A stretch of DNA of 64,000 nucleotides from Candidatus Zhuqueibacterota bacterium (GTDB lineage: Bacteria; Zhuqueibacterota; Zhuqueibacteria; Thermofontimicrobiales; Thiofontviventaceae), in assembly GCA_016931935.1 (NCBI GenBank), contig JAFGDW010000090.1, positions 199 to 64,198 of the forward strand, in the 5' to 3' direction. Shown in pieces: positions 1-8,257 of the stretch. A program made the translations under genes and the position numbers. The number at the start of each line of letters is the position of its first letter. Within the stretch, counting starts at the first letter, position 1. The notes beneath the pieces are model-generated. The model saw only the letters and a list, made by a program, of their open reading frames with translations. It did no database searches and was not told where the DNA came from.

Positions 1-192
1 CGGATTTGATACACCTCCGGGAACCGCTTTATTTGATAGAAGCACTCCTATTTGGAGCATGTAAATTTAGACACATGCCATTATAAGCTAATAACCAACA
101 CAGCCAATAGCAATTCATAGAATTACTACTCATGCGCAATCATTAACGCCCCCTTGTCTGTCCTGAAGTTACAATCTTTTACAATAATCGTC

Positions 193-221
193 TTGACTTT
201 TTCAATGCATTTTAATATTAT
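193..221 (+). promoter_or_regulatory. sigma70-type promoter of the blaI operon
   Basis: TTGACT (193-198), 17-bp spacer, TATTAT (216-221). AAAGGA RBS before ATG 266. Confidence 0.7.
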
Positions 222-238
222 TAACTACAGTGTAGTTA
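222..238. promoter_or_regulatory. Putative BlaI-family operator (copy 1)
   Basis: Perfect palindrome TAACTACA-G-TGTAGTTA abutting the -10 box. TACA/TGTA half-sites are the known BlaI/MecI/CopY motif. Confidence 0.85.
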
Positions 239-265
239 TATAACGACAATATACAAAGGATCACA

Positions 266-646
266 ATGAGAAAGAAAGAATCTATTCCTGAACTTACAAA
301 AGCCGAATATGATATCATGCGCATTCTCTGGAAACACGGCGAACAATCTGTGCGGGAAATTTACGATGCACTAAAGGACACACAAGGCTGGGCGCTTACC
401 ACCGTACGAACCATGATGGATCGGATGGCGAATAAAGGTTTATTGGAAAAAGAGAATTATCATGGCGTTTTCATTTTCAAACCGATGATTTCCCGTCCTG
501 CCGGCCTGGCACGGATGGTACGGTTTTTCGCCGACCGGGTGTTGGAAACTGACACGAACACGGTTGTGGCTATGTTTTCCAATACTAAAGGACTCAGCAC
601 GGATGAAATTGATGAATTAAAAAAATTACTCGATGAGGATGAATAA
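266..646 (+). CDS. blaI: BlaI/MecI/CopY family transcriptional repressor
   Basis: 126 aa with LTKAEYDIMRILW...WALTTVRTMMDRMANKGLL winged helix and LSTDEIDELKKLL tail. Adjacent to an M56 gene. Confidence 0.93.
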   Translation: MRKKESIPELTKAEYDIMRILWKHGEQSVREIYDALKDTQGWALTTVRTMMDRMANKGLLEKENYHGVFIFKPMISRPAGLARMVRFFADRVLETDTNTVVAMFSNTKGLSTDEIDELKKLLDEDE

Positions 647-651
647 CACCG

Positions 652-2148
652 ATGAATTCAACCATCATGAATGTAATAACCAACATATCTGCAATTGTTA
701 TTCATTTTTTCTCATCGCAGATCGTTTACTCCCTCATTCTGTTTGCTTGTGTTTTTAGCCTGATCAAACTGTTTAAGCTCAAATCCCATTTTTTACTGTT
801 TGGCCTGTGGACATTCATTTTCATTCGATTGTTACTCCCACCTGACCTTTCATTCGGTTTATCCGGTCGTATGCTATTGCAGCAAATTTTCCCGGCAATC
901 AACCGACCAGCAGCGCTCGCGCAACCACTTGATGAAAAATCATTAGGCACCCAGGCAGAATCAGTTCAAATTCTGAACACTAGTCAAAAAAACGTGCTGC
1001 ATCCAGCAGATGGACATTTAACGCTCGTTCTGTTTATTTTATGGCTGTCTGGTTTCGTTATGTTAAGCAGCACTTATCTCAGACGATTAGCTGCCTATCG
1101 CAGACTGATCCGGCAATCGATAGCATGTACGAACAATCAGATAAACTCTTTAGTGGTTCGCTGGCAGAATCTATTTGGCATCGATCGACATGTGCAATTA
1201 CGATTCGGCGAACAGCAAATTTCCCCATTTACTATGGGAATGCGTAGGCCAGTAATTTACATGCCGTACATTTTCCACGTTCAATATGACATAAACACTA
1301 TTGAAACTGTGATTGCTCATGAAATGTCTCATATCAAACATTATGATACATTATGGATAAAATTGCAGAATTTCATCCAGTTTATCTATTTTTTCAATCC
1401 GGTTGTATGGTTGGCAGGAAGGCAGATTCAGCAGATTCGGGAAGAAATGTGTGATGCTGCTGTGTTATCGAAACAGGTTTTATCCAAAAAAGCTTACGGA
1501 TATGGCCTATTGAATGTCGTACAAATCGGATTGCCGGAATCGAATCACCTGCTGATCCAGCCAGGTTTTTCCAATCGAAAACAATTGCTAACACAGCGAA
1601 TTCAGCACATCAAGAATGCAACACTGATCCATAAATCGCAGGTAATTATTTCGGTTTCAGCGCTCGCGATTTTGGCAGTTCTACTCCTTCCTATGGCCGA
1701 TAAATCGCATTTTGCACTGCACCCCCAATCTGATAAACTCATACTTACCTCCCCTGTTCCTGATGGTCAAATAGTCCTGGAATGTGGTAATGATTGGGAT
1801 CGAGATAGCAAAGCCTTTTATTTCCATAAGGGTGTGGATATTGTTAACGGCAGCAACCAAATCGACATCCTTGCCGCTGCGGCAGGCACAATTGTTTCCA
1901 CAGGTCAGGATGAAATTTTTCATCAATTTTGGGAAATTACAGTTCAACATCAGAATGGTTACAAGACCCGTTATTTGCATCTGACTTCACTTTCGGTAAC
2001 CCCGGGAGATATTGTGACTCAGGGTCAGAAAATTGGCGGTACCGGTTTTTGCCTGCATTTCGAGGTGCTAAAGGATGGTGTGGTGCAGGATCCGGCGGAT
2101 TATTTATCACTTCAGAAAAAGTTAATAAGGCATGTAAAAAAGGATTAA
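652..2148 (+). CDS. BlaR1/MecR1-like M56 membrane metalloprotease with C-terminal M23 (LytM-type) domain
   Basis: N-terminal TM helices, HEMSH zinc motif, YFFNPVVW, REEMCD. C-terminal HKGVD, YLHL and LHFEV M23 motifs. Confidence 0.9.
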   Translation: MNSTIMNVITNISAIVIHFFSSQIVYSLILFACVFSLIKLFKLKSHFLLFGLWTFIFIRLLLPPDLSFGLSGRMLLQQIFPAINRPAALAQPLDEKSLGTQAESVQILNTSQKNVLHPADGHLTLVLFILWLSGFVMLSSTYLRRLAAYRRLIRQSIACTNNQINSLVVRWQNLFGIDRHVQLRFGEQQISPFTMGMRRPVIYMPYIFHVQYDINTIETVIAHEMSHIKHYDTLWIKLQNFIQFIYFFNPVVWLAGRQIQQIREEMCDAAVLSKQVLSKKAYGYGLLNVVQIGLPESNHLLIQPGFSNRKQLLTQRIQHIKNATLIHKSQVIISVSALAILAVLLLPMADKSHFALHPQSDKLILTSPVPDGQIVLECGNDWDRDSKAFYFHKGVDIVNGSNQIDILAAAAGTIVSTGQDEIFHQFWEITVQHQNGYKTRYLHLTSLSVTPGDIVTQGQKIGGTGFCLHFEVLKDGVVQDPADYLSLQKKLIRHVKKD

Positions 2149-2152
2149 TGTG

Positions 2153-2947
2153 ATGAAAAAACGTATCGCGGTCGTTGCTATAATAATGATTCAAATCTGT
2201 GCTCAACGAATATCTTTTGGACAGACGGATAAATCCCCCATTCCCTGTGGTCATTACCGGACAATAGATTCAAAGATTCTTGGTGAGCAGCGCACAGTAT
2301 TAATTCACCTGCCAACAGATTACGAAGTCTCAGATGAAAGATTTCCGGTGTTGTACAGATTAGACGGGGAAACCGACTTTTTCATTCAATCTGTCTCAAT
2401 GGTTGAATATTTACATGCGATGGCGAAAAAAATCCCTGGCTATATTGTGGTTGCAATCCCGAACACAGACCGATTTCGCGACATGGTAACCGGTCGAAAC
2501 TATTTCCATCTGTTCATCAGGAACGAGCTTATTCCTTTTATTGATTCGAACTATCGAACTGTTGACTCAAGAATTTTATGTGGTCAATCCACAAGCACAC
2601 TTTTTGTGTTTTATTCGTTTCTGAATGATCCGGGTTTGTTCAATCTGTATGTTCTTTGTAGCTTTGGTTGCCCGAATAATTTTAAGGATGACTTCCTGAA
2701 CAGTATCAGCAATTCTTCGGAGATTAAAGTCATTGAAAACCGATCATTGTTTTTTACCAATGCAAAAAAAGATAGCTATGATCCGACCGGCGCTATAAGA
2801 CATAATGGGGAAATGCTCATCGAAACACTTAAAACATCAATACCTGTTTCGAACCGGATCATGTACAAAATGTACGATGATGAACATCATGTTCCATTTC
2901 CCAGTCTTTACGATGGGTTAAAATGGTTTCATCGAAGCAGTAATTAA
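2153..2947 (+). CDS. Exported alpha/beta-hydrolase (IroE/Fes-like putative esterase)
   Basis: Signal peptide, SKILGEQR...FPVLYRLDG, IVVAIPNTDR, ELIPFIDSNYRT. Nucleophile elbow is atypical (GQSTS). The ORF track starts at GTG 2150; ATG 2153 is preferred. Confidence 0.8.
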   Translation: MKKRIAVVAIIMIQICAQRISFGQTDKSPIPCGHYRTIDSKILGEQRTVLIHLPTDYEVSDERFPVLYRLDGETDFFIQSVSMVEYLHAMAKKIPGYIVVAIPNTDRFRDMVTGRNYFHLFIRNELIPFIDSNYRTVDSRILCGQSTSTLFVFYSFLNDPGLFNLYVLCSFGCPNNFKDDFLNSISNSSEIKVIENRSLFFTNAKKDSYDPTGAIRHNGEMLIETLKTSIPVSNRIMYKMYDDEHHVPFPSLYDGLKWFHRSSN

Positions 2948-3037
2948 GAACCTATTGAAATATTTTCCTTAACACGAGAAACCACTGCTAAACTAAATTA
3001 TGTAGGCAGATTGTCTTCTCTATTTTTAGGGATACCA

Positions 3038-3054
3038 TAACTACAATGTAGTTA
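3038..3054. promoter_or_regulatory. Putative BlaI-family operator (copy 2)
   Basis: Perfect palindrome TAACTACA-A-TGTAGTTA with arms identical to copy 1. Preceded by a possible TTGTCT(3011)/TACCAT(3033) promoter. Confidence 0.8.
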
Positions 3055-3154
3055 ATTTTTTACATAGTAGGTAATTTCATGATATTTTTTTTATCAATAT
3101 TTCTTATTTTATTAGCTCCAAACCTTAAAATATAATCAGTTAAGTCTCTACATC

Positions 3155-3392
3155 TGCGGCTATCCAGTTAACTCAGCAAAGCAAAATCATCGTTCCGCCT
3201 GTCCCCTGGCGGAACGCAGCTTCGTCGCGCTGCGACGATTACAATACAAGAGATTATATATAATCTCATTTACTTTAGAATGTTAAGACTGGACGCAGAG
3301 CGTCCGTAATCAATTCCGCCGGAGACCGGCGTAACGATTTAAGTTCTTATTTATTTAGAAATAGACCGTTCGGACTAAACTGGATAACCGAA
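3155..3392. mobile_element. MITE-like non-coding element with internal REP-like hairpins
   Basis: Imperfect TIRs CGGCTATCCAGTTAACTC / GACTAAACTGGATAACCG. Exact 9-bp flanking direct repeat CTCTACATC (3146-3154, 3393-3401). Four internal GC-rich palindromes. Confidence 0.75.
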
Positions 3393-3433
3393 CTCTACAT
3401 CATTTATCTTTGACAATATTCGAAAGGATTCTT

Positions 3434-5242
3434 ATGAGACGAGTTGTATTATTTATTCATAGCTTATTGGCGACAATAATTTGGTTCATAATTACCTTTT
3501 CGCCTACCTTGGCACAAACACTACATCTGGAATATTCCACCTACCTCGGCGGCAGTTCCGACGACAGAGCACATGGTCTCGCAATCGATCGACAGGGCAA
3601 CGTTATAGTAACAGCGCCAATTCAATCTACAAATTTTCCGACAACACCTGACGCATTAAAAACGACGGCGACAGGAATTTATGTGGCGAAAATGAGTACA
3701 ACCGGCGACTCACTCTTATTCTCCACTTATCTGGGTGCATCTGGCGGCGCCAATTACGCGCACGGTGTGGCAGTGGACAATGACGGTTACATTTACATCG
3801 CTGGCAATACTACCAATGCCAGCTTCCCCACTACTGAAGGCGCATTCGACCGTACCTACAATGGCACGTCCGGCACGGATTCACATGGGGATGCATTCGT
3901 CGTGAAGCTGAATCCCCAGGGAAATGAAATCATTTACTCTACGTTCATCGGTGGCAGCGGCATGGATATTTGCGGTAAAATTGTGGTTGATGCGGAGGGC
4001 TGCGCGTACATTCTCGGTTCCACATCGTCACAAAACTTCCCGGTTACTAATGGTGCGTTTGATACCAGCTTCAACGGCGGCAACAGCGACGGCCGCGATG
4101 ATATTTTCGTCGCCAAACTTAACGCGAACGGTAGTGATTTGATATATTGCACATATATGGGCGGTTCAGCAACCGAATTATACGGCGACAATATTCTGAT
4201 CGATGAAGCGGGTTGCGTCTATTTTGCAGCGACCACAGCATCGCCGGATTTTCCCGTCACAAATGACAGCTACGATCCATCGTACAATGGCGGTTCCGGC
4301 GTTCGTGGCGCCGGTGATGGCATCGTTGTTAAATTTAACGCCAGCGGATCAGCAATAGAATATGCGACATTCATTGGTGGCAGCGGCGATGATTTTGCCT
4401 TTTGTATTGCCCGTGATGAAACCGGCAATATCTACGTCGGCGGATTATCCGCCTCAGTTGATTTTCCGATTGCACCAATTGCATTCAGCCATGATATGCA
4501 AATGAGTGGCTTTCTGGCAAAATTAAATGCCCAGCTTGATCAACTGCTGTATGCCAGCCGGTGGGATGGTACTCCCCGCGGCATTGCTATACATTCATCA
4601 TCGAACGTATTATTAATAGGTATGACAGAATCAATTCAATTTCCCGTCACGCCCGATGCTAACAACGTCAGTTACGGTGGCAACAGCGATATTTGTCTTT
4701 CCGTGTTCGATCCAACTGGCACCGTACTAAAATATTCCACCTACTTCGGCGGCTCGGGACAGGAATATGGTGTCATGGCGTTGAATAAGCACAACCTTTA
4801 TATTGCGGGCAACACAACGTCGCGCGATTTTCCAATTTCCCAATGTGCTTATGACACGAGCTATAACGGTGGTAATACACCATGGGGTGGAGATGCTTTC
4901 ATCGCAAAATTTTCATGGTCAGATTCATTGACATCAATTGATAAATCGGGATTTCACAAACCCAAACAATTTAATCTTCCGCAAAATTATCCGAATCCTT
5001 TTAATCCTGAGACGACAATTTGTTATTCGCTTGAACATCCATCTCCGTTTAAATTGACAATTTACAATCTGCGGGGGCAAGAGGTTAGAACACTTGAAAA
5101 TTCGCACCAAAATGCCGGTAACTATTCGTTGACCTGGGATGCCACTGATGAAAATAATAGCCCGGTAAGTTCAGGTATTTATATGTGCCGCCTTAAGGCC
5201 AATGCAGCTATTCTTTACAACAAAATGCTTTTAATTCGATGA
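3434..5242 (+). CDS. Secreted SBBP (beta-propeller repeat) protein with C-terminal FlgD-Ig/T9SS-like sorting domain
   Basis: Repeated YSTYLGGSxxD...IAxD..GNIYxxGxTxSxxFP...GAFD motifs and a QNYPNPFNP tail. GAAAGGA RBS favours ATG 3434 over TTG 3410. Confidence 0.85.
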   Translation: MRRVVLFIHSLLATIIWFIITFSPTLAQTLHLEYSTYLGGSSDDRAHGLAIDRQGNVIVTAPIQSTNFPTTPDALKTTATGIYVAKMSTTGDSLLFSTYLGASGGANYAHGVAVDNDGYIYIAGNTTNASFPTTEGAFDRTYNGTSGTDSHGDAFVVKLNPQGNEIIYSTFIGGSGMDICGKIVVDAEGCAYILGSTSSQNFPVTNGAFDTSFNGGNSDGRDDIFVAKLNANGSDLIYCTYMGGSATELYGDNILIDEAGCVYFAATTASPDFPVTNDSYDPSYNGGSGVRGAGDGIVVKFNASGSAIEYATFIGGSGDDFAFCIARDETGNIYVGGLSASVDFPIAPIAFSHDMQMSGFLAKLNAQLDQLLYASRWDGTPRGIAIHSSSNVLLIGMTESIQFPVTPDANNVSYGGNSDICLSVFDPTGTVLKYSTYFGGSGQEYGVMALNKHNLYIAGNTTSRDFPISQCAYDTSYNGGNTPWGGDAFIAKFSWSDSLTSIDKSGFHKPKQFNLPQNYPNPFNPETTICYSLEHPSPFKLTIYNLRGQEVRTLENSHQNAGNYSLTWDATDENNSPVSSGIYMCRLKANAAILYNKMLLIR

Positions 5243-7566
5243 GGATCACCCGAATGATAAATTTGAGATATTTTACTTCACGCACAATACACAAACAGTT
5301 GTGGCTACGCAAATATTTTCAATCCACACTTTGGTGCATTATCATTCTGTTCATTGAGCTATGTCCGTTCACTGGCAGTTACGCCCAGGTTACATTTCTT
5401 AATAACGGTCAACAGCTTAACAATTTAGCGGGCCGGGGTGTAGCGCTTGCTGATTTCAATCAGGACAATGTACTCGATGCGTTTGTGATCAATGAAGCAG
5501 GGCCGGATGGCAAAGACAATCGCCTGTATTATGGGGATGGTCATGGGCTGTTTTACAATAGCGGTATACGGTTGCCCAATACACCAGTCTGGGGTACAAA
5601 ACCATGCGCTTACGATATCAATAATAATGGAGCAATTGATGCAATCGTTGGCAGAATCATTTGGTTCAACAATGGCGACGGCACATTCAGCGCTGATAGC
5701 TCGCGATTTGTCGATTCGGACAATGGCACGTTCATGCACATGCGGTTGGCCGATGTTAACAACAATGGATTCATTGATGCGTTTGTCATCATCTTCAACA
5801 ACATGTCGACCGAAGGACGAATTTATTTGAATGATGGTCAGGGCAATTTTCAGTACACATCGCAGCCCATTCGGTTAAGCATAATAGGCGCCGGAGAATT
5901 TGGTGATGTGAACAACGATGGCAATATTGATTTGCTTGTCAGCGGCTGGCGCAATACCAGCGGCGCGCCCTGTCCCAATCGTGTGCTGCTGAATGACGGT
6001 GCAGGTAATTTTACAGCAACAAATCAGACGTTTGATCAGGCCATGCGTCATTCGCACTGTGTCGCGTTGGGCGATTTCGACGGGGATAATGATCTCGATT
6101 TTGTTCTGATCATGCAGCTAGCACCTTATGCGAAACTTTATTTTAATGATGGTTCAGGCAATTTTACAGCCGGAAATACGCTTGGCACCGCCAGCGTCGA
6201 AAAAGTCGCTCTGGCTGATTTTGATAATGATAGCGATGTGGACATTTTTCTGGCAGGCGTTGGCGCCAGCGAAGTATGGCTCAATAATGGTGCTGGCGTT
6301 TTCACTGACAGTGGCTTGCGGCTGGGCAGCGAATGGAGTTGGGATGTCGCGCTTGGCGATGTGAATAATGATGGTTGGACTGATATTTTCGCCGCAAATT
6401 TCAAGGTTGATGAATTAACGGCTGAGCCATGGTACGTTCCCCGCGGGCGAGTGGCAGAAGTGTGGTTGAATTCATCCGGAAAAAAAGTCGACATCACGTT
6501 TATCGGCAATGAAGGCTTTTTAATCACGGGCGTCAATGGCCGTGTGCTGATTGATGGTATTTATAATCAGGGCTACGGGCAATATCCGGTTCCATCCACC
6601 GAGGTGCTGACTCAGGAACGTAACGCAATCGCGCCATTCGATCATTTAACGGCGTTACTTTTTACCCACCAGCACCCGGATCATTTTCATGCAGGCTATG
6701 CTGTTGACCATCTGAAAAACGACACCACCTGCATGCTGATTGGGCCATCACAGGTACATACGCTGCTGAAAGCAGTTAACGGTTACAATGCAATCAACGA
6801 CAGAATTATCGACATTTCCTACGTAGCTACGCCGGATATTGACACCACTGTTCAGAATATGAATTTTCGAACCATTGCGCTACCGCACGCCAACAATCCG
6901 GCTGGCAACATTGAAAATATCGGCTTTCTTTTCGATATGAACGGATACACCATATTTCATTGCGGTGATGCTAATTCCACAGATATCCAGGCATTCCAAA
7001 ATGCAAACCTGGCAGAAGCAAACATCGATGTTGCCTTTCTCGCCAAATTTTTCTTCGATCCTGACAACACCACCGGCCAGGAGATCATTCATTACCTGCA
7101 TCCCAAAGCCATTGTGTTGATGCATGTGGATATGACCAAATATGATTACTATCAAAACATCATCAGCTCGTTGCCAGATATTCCGCCAGTATATATTATG
7201 AGAACGCCAATGGAACAGTTGACGATCACCGATAGCTCGTTTGTTACGTCAGTTCAGGATAACAACAGCGGTCATGCTTTACCATTTCATTTTAATCTAC
7301 TCAATATTTATCCCAATCCGTTTAATCCGTCAACCACAATTAAATATCAACTGCCGCAGCTTAGTAATGTCAATTTGAAAATATATAATATACTCGGACA
7401 GGAAATTAAAACTCTGATATTCAATACAATTCAAAATCCGGGTGAATATGTCATCGAATGGAACGGAACCGACGATTCAAATAAAATTGTTAATTCGGGA
7501 ATCTATTTTTGTTCGCTGGAGACGGATGATCATAGTTTACAGAGGAAAATGGTGTTAGTTCGCTAG
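5239..7566 (+). CDS. Secreted FG-GAP/VCBS-repeat + MBL-fold hydrolase + C-terminal sorting domain fusion
   Basis: Multiple GDxxxDGxxD / LNDGxGNF repeats, THQHPDH, FHCGD, YPNPFNP tail. ATGA overlap with the upstream stop. Confidence 0.85.
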   Translation: MRITRMINLRYFTSRTIHKQLWLRKYFQSTLWCIIILFIELCPFTGSYAQVTFLNNGQQLNNLAGRGVALADFNQDNVLDAFVINEAGPDGKDNRLYYGDGHGLFYNSGIRLPNTPVWGTKPCAYDINNNGAIDAIVGRIIWFNNGDGTFSADSSRFVDSDNGTFMHMRLADVNNNGFIDAFVIIFNNMSTEGRIYLNDGQGNFQYTSQPIRLSIIGAGEFGDVNNDGNIDLLVSGWRNTSGAPCPNRVLLNDGAGNFTATNQTFDQAMRHSHCVALGDFDGDNDLDFVLIMQLAPYAKLYFNDGSGNFTAGNTLGTASVEKVALADFDNDSDVDIFLAGVGASEVWLNNGAGVFTDSGLRLGSEWSWDVALGDVNNDGWTDIFAANFKVDELTAEPWYVPRGRVAEVWLNSSGKKVDITFIGNEGFLITGVNGRVLIDGIYNQGYGQYPVPSTEVLTQERNAIAPFDHLTALLFTHQHPDHFHAGYAVDHLKNDTTCMLIGPSQVHTLLKAVNGYNAINDRIIDISYVATPDIDTTVQNMNFRTIALPHANNPAGNIENIGFLFDMNGYTIFHCGDANSTDIQAFQNANLAEANIDVAFLAKFFFDPDNTTGQEIIHYLHPKAIVLMHVDMTKYDYYQNIISSLPDIPPVYIMRTPMEQLTITDSSFVTSVQDNNSGHALPFHFNLLNIYPNPFNPSTTIKYQLPQLSNVNLKIYNILGQEIKTLIFNTIQNPGEYVIEWNGTDDSNKIVNSGIYFCSLETDDHSLQRKMVLVR

Positions 7567-7602
7567 TATCAAATGAAATAATTCTCTCATGAGGAGGTAA
7601 AT

Positions 7603-8166
7603 TTGGAACGAAAGACATTCATCAAATGCGGTTGTGCTTATGGTTTGCTGTCTCTCATCAACGCATCAGGATTTGCCGGACAAACAAATGATCAGCAGCA
7701 ATCCGAAAAAAAGCATACCGCACAATCGATGAGCCAGAAACAGGTACAGGAGGTTATCAAGTTTATCGAGACATCGTTTGATGATTCAGTCCGAGAAAAG
7801 ATTTTTAGCCAATTGGGCTATGAGTGTTTTCATTCCCGGAGTCTTGACGGTTGGATTGTGCGTTATGTGGGACATGTACAAGCATTCCTGGATTGGGTGA
7901 ATGTGGAGAAGAAATCGAAATACTGGGAACGGTTGGAATTCAACGAGGATCGAACAATCCTGTCACTCACCGGCAGAAAAGTTGCAGGATGCGCGTGTGC
8001 TTATGCAGATTGTCTCAATCCGCCGAAATCGTTGTGTTACTATTGCTGCAAAAATTTCCAGCAGCAATTGTTTGGGATGCTGTTGGGTCAAAGAGTAAAC
8101 GTCGAGATAACCAAAGCCTTTTTGCTCGGTGATGACCGCTGCGACACCAGAATACACCTAATGTGA
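7603..8166 (+). CDS. Cys-rich protein, DUF6144/V4R-like, with Tat-like N-terminus
   Basis: GAGGAGG RBS and TTG start. ERKTFIK signal-like segment. CAC, CYYCC and GDDRC motifs. Confidence 0.65.
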   Translation: MERKTFIKCGCAYGLLSLINASGFAGQTNDQQQSEKKHTAQSMSQKQVQEVIKFIETSFDDSVREKIFSQLGYECFHSRSLDGWIVRYVGHVQAFLDWVNVEKKSKYWERLEFNEDRTILSLTGRKVAGCACAYADCLNPPKSLCYYCCKNFQQQLFGMLLGQRVNVEITKAFLLGDDRCDTRIHLM

Positions 8167-8257
8167 AAGCGATTATGCAAACTTTGTTATGAATGAGTTG
8201 CTTATTGGAACGCTTCTGAAAGTGTCAAAAATTTTTATTTCAAACAAGAATAAGCTC

